A stretch of 64,000 nucleotides of DNA from positions 35,520 to 99,519 of the forward strand of contig CAWIRJ010000005.1 in the NCBI GenBank assembly GCA_963838475.1, in the 5' to 3' direction. Shown here one piece after another: positions 1-9,387 of the stretch. The stretch is from an uncultured Acidobacteriota bacterium (lineage in GTDB: Bacteria; Acidobacteriota; Terriglobia; Acidiferrales; UBA7541). The notes under the pieces were generated by a model. The model saw only the letters and a program-made list of their open reading frames with translations. It was not told where the DNA came from and ran no database searches. Both the position numbers and the translations under genes were made by a program. The stretch's first letter is position 1; the number at the start of each line of letters is the position of its first letter.

Positions 1-1058
1 CCATTTCGCAGATTGAGAAACAGTATGGCAAGGGTTCGATCATGCGCCTGGGGAACAAGGATGTGTTGGTGCCGGTGAACGTGATTCCGACGGGGTCTAT
101 TTCAATTGACGCTGCGCTGGGCGTGGGCGGTTTTCCACGCGGGCGGGTGATTGAGGTGTATGGACCGGAGTCTGGCGGCAAGACAACGCTCACACTTCAC
201 GTAATCGCGGAAGCGCAGAGGCTGGGGGGACAGGCAGCCTTTATCGACGCAGAACACGCGTTGGATCCATCGTATGCGCGAAAACTGGGAGTGGATGTTG
301 ACAATCTTTTGGTGTCGCAGCCGGATAACGGAGAGCAAGCGCTGGAGATTGCGGAAGCGCTGATTCGCTCGAACGCGGTGGACATTATTGTGGTGGATTC
401 GGTTGCTGCTCTGGTTCCGCGCGCGGAACTGGAAGGCGATATGGGCGACGCGCAAATGGGCTTACAGGCGCGCCTAATGTCGCAGGCATTGCGGAAGCTG
501 ACAGCAATCGTTTCGAAATCGAAGACCTGCCTGATATTCATCAACCAGATTCGCGAAAAGATTGGGGTGATGTTCGGCAATCCGGAAACAACTACCGGTG
601 GGCGCGCGCTGAAATTTTATTCTTCGATTCGCGTGGATATTCGTCGCATACAGTCCATTAAGGAAGGAGACCGCGTAGTGGGTTCGCGAACGCGCGCGAA
701 GATCGTAAAGAACAAAGTGGCTGCGCCTTTCCGCGAGGCTGAGTTCGACATCATTTACGGTGAGGGAGTTTCGCGGGAGGCCGACTTGATCGATTTGGGC
801 GTGGCCAAGGGCCTGCTTGAAAAGTCGGGCACGTGGATCTCCTACAAGAACGAGCGACTTGGTCAGGGACGTGACAATGCGCGGCTGTTCCTGAAAGAAA
901 ACAAGGATATTCGCGCGAAGATCGAACACGACCTGCGAAAGCAACTGGGATTACTTTCAAACCTGGCGGTGGTGGAAGAAAAGCCGGCAACGGCGGCCGA
1001 TACTCCGAAACAAGCTCCGAAAGCAGTAGCGGCGGCTCAAGGTCGAGCGGCGCGCTGA
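1..1058 (+). CDS. recA: Recombinase RecA (5' end cut by window edge)
   Basis: Frame stays open back to position 3 ([17 protein letters not shown]). Walker [10 protein letters not shown] and the full RecA core are present, with an Ala/Pro/Lys-rich C-terminal tail. Confidence 0.97.
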   Translation, partial: ISQIEKQYGKGSIMRLGNKDVLVPVNVIPTGSISIDAALGVGGFPRGRVIEVYGPESGGKTTLTLHVIAEAQRLGGQAAFIDAEHALDPSYARKLGVDVDNLLVSQPDNGEQALEIAEALIRSNAVDIIVVDSVAALVPRAELEGDMGDAQMGLQARLMSQALRKLTAIVSKSKTCLIFINQIREKIGVMFGNPETTTGGRALKFYSSIRVDIRRIQSIKEGDRVVGSRTRAKIVKNKVAAPFREAEFDIIYGEGVSREADLIDLGVAKGLLEKSGTWISYKNERLGQGRDNARLFLKENKDIRAKIEHDLRKQLGLLSNLAVVEEKPATAADTPKQAPKAVAAAQGRAAR

Positions 1059-1220
1059 CACCGGCTCGGACGAAGAAGAACGTCACACAGAACGCTGGTA
1101 CTCCGGACCAGCGTGCCTGGCAGGAAAGCTGTCCTCCTTTACAGTTGCGCAACCCTGTGACATTTCCTTAAACTACGGTCACAGCCTGAGTCGAGGCGTT
1201 TACGGGCCTACACAATTCAA

Positions 1221-2309
1221 ATGCGCAGCAAGCCAGTCCACTACCAAGCGGTTTCGATATTTTGTCTCTTTCTAGCAGGCGCCCTGGGGGCTACATTCGG
1301 GGCTACACCTACTACTCGCACTCATCATAAGAAGAGCGGCACTCCTAGCTACGCTGATCCAGGAAAAGGCGATGCGGTGGAATACGACGACCCGGTGGTA
1401 CGTCAGATCGCGCTTGACGCTTTAGGACACGCGAACGGCTCGGTTCTGGCCATGGACCCTAGCACTGGGCGAATCCTCACGATCGTTAACCAAAAGATGG
1501 CTTTTTCTTCTGGATTCGAACCGTGTTCCACAATAAAACCGGTAATTGCGCTCGCAGGCTTGGAAGAAGGGGTTATCACGCGCGATACGATGCTCAAGGT
1601 AGGTCGGCGGCGCTACATGGACCTGACCGAGGCGATGGCACATTCCAATAACACTTATTTTGAAGAGGTAGGTACACGATTGGGATTCGAGCGCGTAACA
1701 AAGTACGCGACGCTGCTGGGGCTTGGCTCTCGCGCAGGGTACAACATACGCGAAGAGCAGCCGGGTTTGCTCCCGGCGCGAATTCCGGTGTACGGTGGAG
1801 TGGCTCGGATGTCGAGCTTCGGCGAAGGCATACGTATCACGCCGCTGCAGCTCGCCTCGTTAGTTTCTACTCTGGCGAATGGCGGAACGCAGTACTACCT
1901 GCAATATCCGCGCACGGAACAGGATCGGCAGAACTTTCAGCCTCGCATCAAGCAACAACTTGATATTGGGCCGCTACTGCCGGATTTGCGCGAAGGCATG
2001 CTGGCCGCGGTGATGTATGGTACGGCGAAACAAAGTTACGATCCTGACGGTGAACAGGCATTAGGAAAAACCGGGACTTGCAACGACGAATCGCTCGGCG
2101 GCCGCCTCGGCTGGTTTGTTTCTTACGCGGATCAGGCGCACCCGAAAATCGTGTTGGTTGTATTGATTCGCGGTGGAAGCCGGGCAATCAGTGGACCTCA
2201 CGCATCGGAAATTGCGGGCCGAATCTATCACGGCTTGCGCGAAAGAAATTACTTTGCTGAATCGATTCATCATCCGACGTACGCGACCTCCGCAGTCGGC
2301 TCGCAATAG
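1221..2309 (+). CDS. Penicillin-binding (transpeptidase-fold) protein, minimal single-domain form with N-terminal signal/anchor
   Basis: Carries the three acyl-serine transferase motifs SxxK (STIK), SxN (SNN) and KTG(T). Hydrophobic N-terminus. Only 362 aa, so no class A/B N-terminal module. Confidence 0.8.
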   Translation: MRSKPVHYQAVSIFCLFLAGALGATFGATPTTRTHHKKSGTPSYADPGKGDAVEYDDPVVRQIALDALGHANGSVLAMDPSTGRILTIVNQKMAFSSGFEPCSTIKPVIALAGLEEGVITRDTMLKVGRRRYMDLTEAMAHSNNTYFEEVGTRLGFERVTKYATLLGLGSRAGYNIREEQPGLLPARIPVYGGVARMSSFGEGIRITPLQLASLVSTLANGGTQYYLQYPRTEQDRQNFQPRIKQQLDIGPLLPDLREGMLAAVMYGTAKQSYDPDGEQALGKTGTCNDESLGGRLGWFVSYADQAHPKIVLVVLIRGGSRAISGPHASEIAGRIYHGLRERNYFAESIHHPTYATSAVGSQ

Positions 2310-2458
2310 TTTCGGACTTCTGCGTCTGCTAGAACTCCACGACTTTTTACACGCTGCAGGGTTTACTTCCTGTATTAGAACTGAGCATTATCCCATTTCG
2401 ACTAGCGCCTCGTTGGGCTAAGCTTCGTGTTCCAGTGGATTAAGGCGGTTTAAGAAAT

Positions 2459-3763
2459 ATGGGCAAGTTTGGAAAAATTCTTTTTTGGTTCGCTCTTGTA
2501 GCGCTTAGCTCGGCCTTTATCGCAACGTCCTACTACGTTCGGAATTCGGCCGAGGGCGAAGTTTCTGTGCAGGCATCTTCCGCACGCGAAGAAGCGCGGC
2601 GAATTCAAGAACAGGTTGTTCTTTACAGCGAACGCCTGGTGCCGGCCGGGCTTCCGTTTCAAATGTTACTGCGCGGTGTGGGGATCGATACAGAGACCGC
2701 TGGACGGCTAGCAGCTTCCGCGCAATCTGTGTTTGACTTACGGCATTTGCGGGCTGGAAATCGCCTGGATGTAGGGCGCTCCGTCCTGGGTGAACTCCGT
2801 TCAGTTCGTTACAGAATTGATGCAGACAGAGTGCTCTCGATTGCGCCCCAGGGGAGCGAAGTTCACTCGGAGATCGAAACCATACCTTCGGAAATGCAAA
2901 CCATCGGGGTCATGGGAGAGGTTCACGGCTCGCTATTTGAGGCGGTGATAAACGCCGGAGAAAAGCCGGAGCTCGCCATGCGCCTGGCGCAGATTTTCGG
3001 ATGGGACCTGGATTTCTATACGGACCCGCGCCCAGGAGACACGTTCCGAGTGGTGGTCGAAAAAAAGATGCTTTCAAACGGCGAACTTCTTTCGTACGGA
3101 CGAATTCTGGCCGCCGAGTATAAAAACGCCGGGCATCCGTATGGAGCCGTGCTGTTTCATGACACTTCTGGCGCCCCGGCATATTTCACCCCAGAAGGCA
3201 AATCGATGAAGAAGGCATTTCTGCATTCGCCGCTGAAGTTTGCCGCGGCGATTACATCTCATTTCAGCGAACACCGTTTCCATCCGATCCTGAAAGAGTA
3301 TCGACCGCATCTGGGGATTGATTACGCGGCTCCCAGCGGCACGCCGGTTCAGACGATCGGCGAGGGGCGCGTGGTTTTCGCTGGACCGAAGGGCGGGGCC
3401 GGCAATCTGGTCCAAATCCAACACACTAATGGGTATACGACGTATTACATGCACTTATCGCGACTGCTTGTGCGATCCGGGCAACATGTGGAACAAGGAC
3501 AGAGTATCGGGCTGGTGGGAATGACCGGGCTGGCCACCGGCCCGCATCTCGATTTCAGAATACAACGCCAGGGCCAATTCTTGAACTTCGAACGCCTGCC
3601 ATTGCCGCCATCGGATCCGGTTGCGAAGCGGGATTGGAACGAATTCGCGGGCTTGCGGGATCGAGCGCTTGCTTTAATGCCAACCAAATTGTCGCAGCCG
3701 AATGCAACGCTTGCGAAGAATTCTCCGTTATTTCCCGTGGGACAACCTGAAAACAACCGGTGA
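2459..3763 (+). CDS. M23/LytM-family metallo-endopeptidase with N-terminal membrane anchor
   Basis: HLGIDYAAP (HxxxD) and GPHLDF(R) (HxH-type) zinc motifs in the C-terminal domain. One TM helix at the N-terminus. Confidence 0.9.
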   Translation: MGKFGKILFWFALVALSSAFIATSYYVRNSAEGEVSVQASSAREEARRIQEQVVLYSERLVPAGLPFQMLLRGVGIDTETAGRLAASAQSVFDLRHLRAGNRLDVGRSVLGELRSVRYRIDADRVLSIAPQGSEVHSEIETIPSEMQTIGVMGEVHGSLFEAVINAGEKPELAMRLAQIFGWDLDFYTDPRPGDTFRVVVEKKMLSNGELLSYGRILAAEYKNAGHPYGAVLFHDTSGAPAYFTPEGKSMKKAFLHSPLKFAAAITSHFSEHRFHPILKEYRPHLGIDYAAPSGTPVQTIGEGRVVFAGPKGGAGNLVQIQHTNGYTTYYMHLSRLLVRSGQHVEQGQSIGLVGMTGLATGPHLDFRIQRQGQFLNFERLPLPPSDPVAKRDWNEFAGLRDRALALMPTKLSQPNATLAKNSPLFPVGQPENNR

Positions 3764-3787
3764 GATCGGATTATTCGCGCTAAGAGC

Positions 3788-3835
3788 AAAAAAAAAGGCG
3801 CCGCCGAATGATCCAGCGGCGCCATTTTAGTTTTC
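3788..3835. terminator. Bidirectional intrinsic terminator between convergent M23 and sedolisin genes
   Basis: GGCGCCGC (3797-3804) pairs with GCGGCGCC (3816-3823) around an 11-nt loop. It is preceded by an A-run and followed by ATTTTAGTTTT. Confidence 0.8.
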
Positions 3836-3850
3836 AGAAGGGGTCGATTG

Positions 3851-5962
3851 TTATTTCTTGACGTCCGACCCTGCCGCGAAGAAATCGGCAAACGCTTGTC
3901 CGTTTGGCGTACCCAAGCCAGTGACATTATCCCAGCCTACTTTTGTTCTGAGCGACGAGTCGGTGCCGAAGGTGATGATATCCCACTCGTCGTCAAAGGG
4001 ACTGTTATAGATGCCGCTGTAGAACTTTGTGGTGCCGTCCAACGGTGCAGCAAGTGCTGCCGCTGAGTAGTGGTGGAAGCCACTGGAGTCCTGAATGATG
4101 CCCGTGGGGTTAGTTGCCGAGCCTACCGGCACAACGTCAGTGATAGTGCCTGCCGGCATGCCGTAAAGGTAAGGAGCAGCTTGTCCGAGCGGTGCGCCGG
4201 CTTCCTGGTTAGCGATTGCCCAGAGAGCGGAGAACATCGGAGTTGCCAGGCTGGTGCCACCGTAAACCGCGACGGCTTCACCCGATCCGTCGAACAACAC
4301 GATTTCCGCTCCGGTGTAGGGATCGGCCAGCCAGGAAATATCCGGGAGTCCACGGCCTTTGCCCGAAACCTTCTTCTGGAAGCTCGGTTTGCTAAAGAAC
4401 CCGCTATTGCCGCCGCCCGAGCCAAATTGAAAACCAAAATTCAGAGGAGGATCTGCGACATAGCCGCCAAAGAACGGAGGAGCAACGATTCCGGTAGCGT
4501 TGGTGCCCCATCCGCTTTGCCATGCCAGAGTGTTGTCGGGATTGGTTGCCAAACTGACCCCGCCAACGGCGGTGGCGAAGGGCGAATCGGCCGGTGTACT
4601 AACCGTTGGTGGACCACCGTAGACGGTGTCATCGCCATAGTCGCCGGTTGCATAGTTTGTGGAAATTCCGGAAACTGCCGCCAACTCCGAAACCAGGCTG
4701 TTTTGCTCGAGGAAGACTGGGGCTACGAAGGCCTCCGGAGCGCCATAACTGCCGGAAATGACGTTTCCAAGGCCGTAGGTGATCGCGTACACAGTCGCGT
4801 TGTTGATGTCTGCGAAGCTAGCAGACGGCGGAACTAACAAGATAATGCTAGCTGCCGGCGCGAGCGCGTGGGACCACTCAACGTCCAAGTTAATTTCCGG
4901 ATCTACGCCGCCACAATTGCAATTGTACGGATAGTAGATGATGTTGAAGTTGGCAGAAGTTAGCGGCGGCAAACCGTTCAAGCTGCTGAACACGTTTGCG
5001 TCCGCAGTAATGTAGGGAGAGCCGTACCAGTCAATAATTACGATTGTCTGACCCTCACCGTGGAAGCCTTCCGTATAGAGGCCATTCAGATTGTAAGCAG
5101 TTTGGACCTCTGCCGGATCGTATCCGCATGGAGGCAAGCTCCCGAGACCACCGCCGTTCGCCGGCTGCCCGTAGGTATTGCCAGTGTAGGTACCGAAAGG
5201 CAACGCTCCTCCAGTGGTGAATACTTCGGTCGCGGTTCCAGGGAAGCACTGCCCGGAGTAGAAGATTCCGTCGGAGGTGACGCCACTGAGCTTTGTGGCA
5301 GTCGCAGCCTGCGAATTGGATTTGAATGCGTTGGTGACCTGTGCAACCGGGTGCGTGGCGGCGTAATCATCCATGCCATACACGGCAGCCACCACAGCAG
5401 CGGCGGGGCCTACAATCGTGGGATTGTTGACATTGCCGCGATGGGTTTCGGAACCTACAGTGAACTTGTCGATCTGAACAGAAAAAGCTCTTTGGACTTC
5501 AGCGACAGTTCCCTGTGCGGTGACCGAGAAGTTCGCAGGGCCGACATTCGTAACTTTGAGGTTGTGCTGGGTCAGAAATTGCTTCGCGACAGCCAGGTCC
5601 GCTGCCGTTGGCGCGAATTGAGAGATCAGTTGGGCCGGTTTTAACCACTGGTGATAATTCGGCGAGCTCTTGTCATTGAGCTGCTCTGCCAGAGTATCGA
5701 GAGTGGCTCGATTGCGAGGCTGAAGCCACAGAGTAACGCTAATTGTCGTGGATGCTTCTTCTGGTCCAATATTTTTCCCAGTTGCGACAAATCCGGGAGT
5801 GTTACCTGCGATTACTTGGCTGGTCACTGCCCCACTGGCTGATTGAGCGCCCACACCACTGGCCAATGACAAGACCATAGTGAGCGCTGCCAGGACAACG
5901 AAGCCAAATCGGGCGAATTTAACGAGAAATTGCGACGATGCGTCCGCCTTCCTGTCCTTCAT
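3851..5962 (-). CDS. Secreted sedolisin (S53) family serine-carboxyl peptidase with propeptide
   Basis: Signal peptide, pro-kumamolisin-like activation region, and a C-terminal GGTSLATP serine-nucleophile motif. 703 aa. Confidence 0.85.
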   Translation of the reverse strand: MKDRKADASSQFLVKFARFGFVVLAALTMVLSLASGVGAQSASGAVTSQVIAGNTPGFVATGKNIGPEEASTTISVTLWLQPRNRATLDTLAEQLNDKSSPNYHQWLKPAQLISQFAPTAADLAVAKQFLTQHNLKVTNVGPANFSVTAQGTVAEVQRAFSVQIDKFTVGSETHRGNVNNPTIVGPAAAVVAAVYGMDDYAATHPVAQVTNAFKSNSQAATATKLSGVTSDGIFYSGQCFPGTATEVFTTGGALPFGTYTGNTYGQPANGGGLGSLPPCGYDPAEVQTAYNLNGLYTEGFHGEGQTIVIIDWYGSPYITADANVFSSLNGLPPLTSANFNIIYYPYNCNCGGVDPEINLDVEWSHALAPAASIILLVPPSASFADINNATVYAITYGLGNVISGSYGAPEAFVAPVFLEQNSLVSELAAVSGISTNYATGDYGDDTVYGGPPTVSTPADSPFATAVGGVSLATNPDNTLAWQSGWGTNATGIVAPPFFGGYVADPPLNFGFQFGSGGGNSGFFSKPSFQKKVSGKGRGLPDISWLADPYTGAEIVLFDGSGEAVAVYGGTSLATPMFSALWAIANQEAGAPLGQAAPYLYGMPAGTITDVVPVGSATNPTGIIQDSSGFHHYSAAALAAPLDGTTKFYSGIYNSPFDDEWDIITFGTDSSLRTKVGWDNVTGLGTPNGQAFADFFAAGSDVKK

Positions 5963-6225
5963 CGATTATCTCCTTTGGAAAAACGTCCAAACTTGTCTGG
6001 AATTTGCGCTGAGCTCGGCTGGGAATCTACTCACGCCTCGCGGTACTCCGGGTACTTGGCGGACGTCAATAGCTGAAAGGGACCGACCGAGTGGGAGTCG
6101 TAATATAGCTAATAGCGAAAGAAGTCAAGAGAATCTGACGAGATTTCGTATTGAGTCTTCTCAGAGGTTCTAATTTCTTGAAGCGTGTTAAGACTACGCA
6201 AAAAAATTACCTAAAAGAAACGAAA

Positions 6226-7254
6226 CTACGCTTTTAGTTCCCAAGTGTCGCCAGAACGGAGAAGTTTTGCCAGGTCACCTTTGCCGCGCTTAGCCTGGAC
6301 TTGGCGAATCTGATCGTTAATTAGGTCTTCATAGCGAGGCACTTGATCCCAGGAACGAAGGACACCGATGGGAGTAGGGAAACCAGGCCGTTGCTCCATG
6401 TGCGCGAGCAGGAAAGCGTATGCTGCGCGGGGGTGTTTTTCATCATGGACGAGTAGGTCTTCTTCGGCGATGCCGTTGCCCAATTGAACGACCTCGAGGT
6501 CAAGACCGTTTAGGCGAATCCCTTTATCGCGATTCTTGCCAAAAATAAGAGGTTTGCCATGCTCGAGCTGAACGATATTTTCGCTGCGCGCGTCTTTTTC
6601 TGTAACGGTCTCCCAAGCCCCGTCATTGAAGATATTGCAATTCTGGAGAATCTCGACGTAGGCAGAACCTTTATGCGCCGCTGCCTTCCGCAAAACATCC
6701 TTCAGGTGCTGTTGAAACACGTCCACAGAACGGGCGACAAAGGTGGCTTCCGATCCGATGGCGAGAGAAATAGGATTAAATGGACGGTCGGTGGTGCCGA
6801 AGGGAGTGGATTTTGTTTTCTTGCCGACTTCGGAAGTGGGCGAATACTGACCTTTGGTGAGGCCGTAGATCTTGTTGTTGAAGAGAAGAACTTTCAGCCC
6901 GACGTTGCGGCGAAGCATGTGAATAGTGTGATTCCCGCCGATGGAAAGCGAATCGCCGTCACCAGTGGCGACCCATACTTCGAGATCGGGACGAACGATT
7001 TTCAAGCCTGTAGCGATGGCAGGTGCGCGGCCGTGAATCGTATGGAAGCCAAACGTGTTCATATAATACGGAAAGCGGCTAGAGCAGCCGATACCAGAAA
7101 TGATTACGAACTTTTCGCGCGGGATTCCCAGGTCAGCAAATACCATTTGTACGGCGGAGAGGATTGCGTAATCACCGCATCCTGGGCACCAGCGGATTTC
7201 CTGGTCGGTTTGGAAATCTTTCTTTGTGTAGACGGGCAATGTGGCGGTGGTCAT
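6226..7254 (-). CDS. korB: 2-oxoglutarate/2-oxoacid:ferredoxin oxidoreductase, beta (TPP-binding) subunit
   Basis: WCPGCGDY N-terminal motif and TPP-binding GDGDSLSIGGNH. Start overlaps the stop of the alpha subunit gene by 4 nt. Confidence 0.93.
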   Translation of the reverse strand: MTTATLPVYTKKDFQTDQEIRWCPGCGDYAILSAVQMVFADLGIPREKFVIISGIGCSSRFPYYMNTFGFHTIHGRAPAIATGLKIVRPDLEVWVATGDGDSLSIGGNHTIHMLRRNVGLKVLLFNNKIYGLTKGQYSPTSEVGKKTKSTPFGTTDRPFNPISLAIGSEATFVARSVDVFQQHLKDVLRKAAAHKGSAYVEILQNCNIFNDGAWETVTEKDARSENIVQLEHGKPLIFGKNRDKGIRLNGLDLEVVQLGNGIAEEDLLVHDEKHPRAAYAFLLAHMEQRPGFPTPIGVLRSWDQVPRYEDLINDQIRQVQAKRGKGDLAKLLRSGDTWELKA

Positions 7255-9161
7255 AGCTGCTCTCCTGCTTGCTCATCGGCGTCGTCTTCGACTGCTACAG
7301 ATGGAGTCAAGCCAAGCATTTCTTCGATCTTTTGTTCGATCTCGGAGGTCTTGAAAGGCTTGCCCTGAATTTTGTTGTAGCCCTGCGCGTCCACCAGGTA
7401 TTTTGCGCGAAGGATCATCAAGAGCTGGCCCATGTTCATCTCTGGCACGAGCACTTTCTTGTATCGGCTGATGATCTCTCCGAGGTCGCGTGGCAGCGGA
7501 TTCAAGTGACGCAGGTGCACGTGTCCGATGCGGCGGCCTTTTTCTCGTTGAGCATTTAACGCGGCAGTGATCGGGCCGTGCGTAGATCCCCACGCGATAA
7601 TTAGTAAATCACCCGATTCATCGCCTTCTGGAATCACCGGTGGGATATCGTTCGCGACTGACTCGACTTTCGCGGCACGCAGGCGAACCATGTGCTCATG
7701 GTTCAAAGGTTCGTAGTTGATGTTGCCGGTGACATCCTGTTTTTCGATACCACCAATGCGATGCTCGAGGCCGGGCGTTCCTGGAATTGCCCACGGACGA
7801 GAAAGCGTGACTGGATCGCGACGGTATGGCAAAAAACCTTCGGGGTTCGTTTCAAAGTGAACTGGAATTTCCGGTAATTCTTCGATGGTCGGGACTTTCC
7901 AAGGCTCCGCGCCGTTAGCTAGATATCCGTCGGACAAAACTATAACCGGAACCATATGTTTGATCGCGATTCGGCTGGCTTCGAGTGCAATCCAGAAACA
8001 ATCCCCTGGTGAAGAGGGAGCGAGGACTGGAATAGGAGCTTCCGAGTTTCGTCCAAACAGAGCTTGCAGCAAATCCGCTTGCTCGGTCTTAGTGGGAAGG
8101 CCGGTGGAAGGGCCGCCGCGTTGAATGTCGCAAATCACCAAAGGTAATTCCACGGCTACAGCCAAGCCGAGCGCTTCGGTTTTTAGCGCCATGCCCGGGC
8201 CTGAGGTGGAGGTGATACCGAGTGCCCCGGCATATGCTGCGCCGATTGCCGAGGTGATAGCGGCGATCTCATCTTCGGCCTGGAAAGTGATTACGCCGAA
8301 ATCCTTATACATCGAAAGTTCATGCAAAATATCTGAAGCCGGCGTGATCGGATAAGAGCCTAAGAAAAGCGGGATCCCTGCTTTTTGAGATGCGGCGACG
8401 AAACCTAGAGCCAGCGCAGCATTTCCGCTGATATTGCGATACACGCCGGGAGCAAGTTTCGCTGGCGGAATTTCATAGCTGATTTGAAATGCTTCCGTGG
8501 CTTCGCAGTAGCTGTAACCCGCCTGCATGGCGAGCTTATTGGCTTGAACTAATTGCTGCTTATTTTTGAATTTTTCCTGCAGCCATCCGTGTGTCGGCTC
8601 CATGGAACGGTTGTAGAGCCAATAACACATTCCGAGCGCGAAGAAGTTCTTGCAACGATCCATGCTCTTGGCGTCCAGCCCCAAATCTTTGAGAGCGGCG
8701 CGAGTCATCTTGGTAAGTTCAACGGCGAATAGGCGGTAACCGTCAAGGGAATGATCTTCCAGTGGGTTCGTCACGATCTGCGCTTTGCGCAGATCGTTTT
8801 CCTTAAAGCTATCAAGATTGACGATCAAGATTCCATTTGTCTTCAAGTCCGGCAAATTCATTTTCAAGGCGGCGGGGTTCATGGCTACCAGAACGTCCAC
8901 CGAATCGCCGGGAGTGTAAACGTCGCTGGACGAAAAATGCACTTGGAAACCGCTGACGCCCGGCAGCGTTCCAGCAGGGGCGCGGATTTCAGCAGGGTAA
9001 TCCGGAAAAGTAGCCAAGTCATTGCCGTAGAGGGCGACCGTATTGGTGAACTGGCTCCCGGTAATCTGCATACCGTCGCCCGAGTCACCGCAAAATCTGA
9101 TTACTGCTTGATCGATTACCTCACGCTTGCGTTTAGGAAGCTCGATGGTCGTCAATGGCAT
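7251..9161 (-). CDS. korA: 2-oxoglutarate/2-oxoacid:ferredoxin oxidoreductase, alpha subunit (fused gamma-alpha type)
   Basis: 636 aa. N-terminal gamma-like domain (FCGDSGDGMQITG) is followed by pyruvate-flavodoxin/ferredoxin oxidoreductase core domains. Operonic with korB. Confidence 0.93.
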   Translation of the reverse strand: MPLTTIELPKRKREVIDQAVIRFCGDSGDGMQITGSQFTNTVALYGNDLATFPDYPAEIRAPAGTLPGVSGFQVHFSSSDVYTPGDSVDVLVAMNPAALKMNLPDLKTNGILIVNLDSFKENDLRKAQIVTNPLEDHSLDGYRLFAVELTKMTRAALKDLGLDAKSMDRCKNFFALGMCYWLYNRSMEPTHGWLQEKFKNKQQLVQANKLAMQAGYSYCEATEAFQISYEIPPAKLAPGVYRNISGNAALALGFVAASQKAGIPLFLGSYPITPASDILHELSMYKDFGVITFQAEDEIAAITSAIGAAYAGALGITSTSGPGMALKTEALGLAVAVELPLVICDIQRGGPSTGLPTKTEQADLLQALFGRNSEAPIPVLAPSSPGDCFWIALEASRIAIKHMVPVIVLSDGYLANGAEPWKVPTIEELPEIPVHFETNPEGFLPYRRDPVTLSRPWAIPGTPGLEHRIGGIEKQDVTGNINYEPLNHEHMVRLRAAKVESVANDIPPVIPEGDESGDLLIIAWGSTHGPITAALNAQREKGRRIGHVHLRHLNPLPRDLGEIISRYKKVLVPEMNMGQLLMILRAKYLVDAQGYNKIQGKPFKTSEIEQKIEEMLGLTPSVAVEDDADEQAGEQL

Positions 9162-9387
9162 AGTCTAGAACCCATCCTTATAAAGGCGGAGAGATAGAAA
9201 ATCTTGGTCCTGCGCCAATATTATTCATGCGGAATAGGAAACCTGTTGTCTCACAGAAAAGCGTAGCACAAGGAGGGTAACAGGAAAACGGAATTTGAGA
9301 CGCGCTCATTACGCTTCGGGCATAGTTAGGATGCCCATGCCGTATGGCACGTTGTCCGACGAATTCTCCGCCATATCGTCTAGTCGT

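Noticed and set aside
4070-4837. 255-aa plus-strand ORF inside the sedolisin gene, and similar ORFs at 5060-5644 and 6559-7368
   Set aside because: They are antisense to genes with clear family motifs and have Arg/Gly-rich shadow composition.
5880-6173. 97-aa plus-strand ORF in the sedolisin/korB intergenic region
   Set aside because: It overlaps the sedolisin start antisense, has no SD, and has an Arg/Ser-rich composition. It is probably non-coding promoter DNA.
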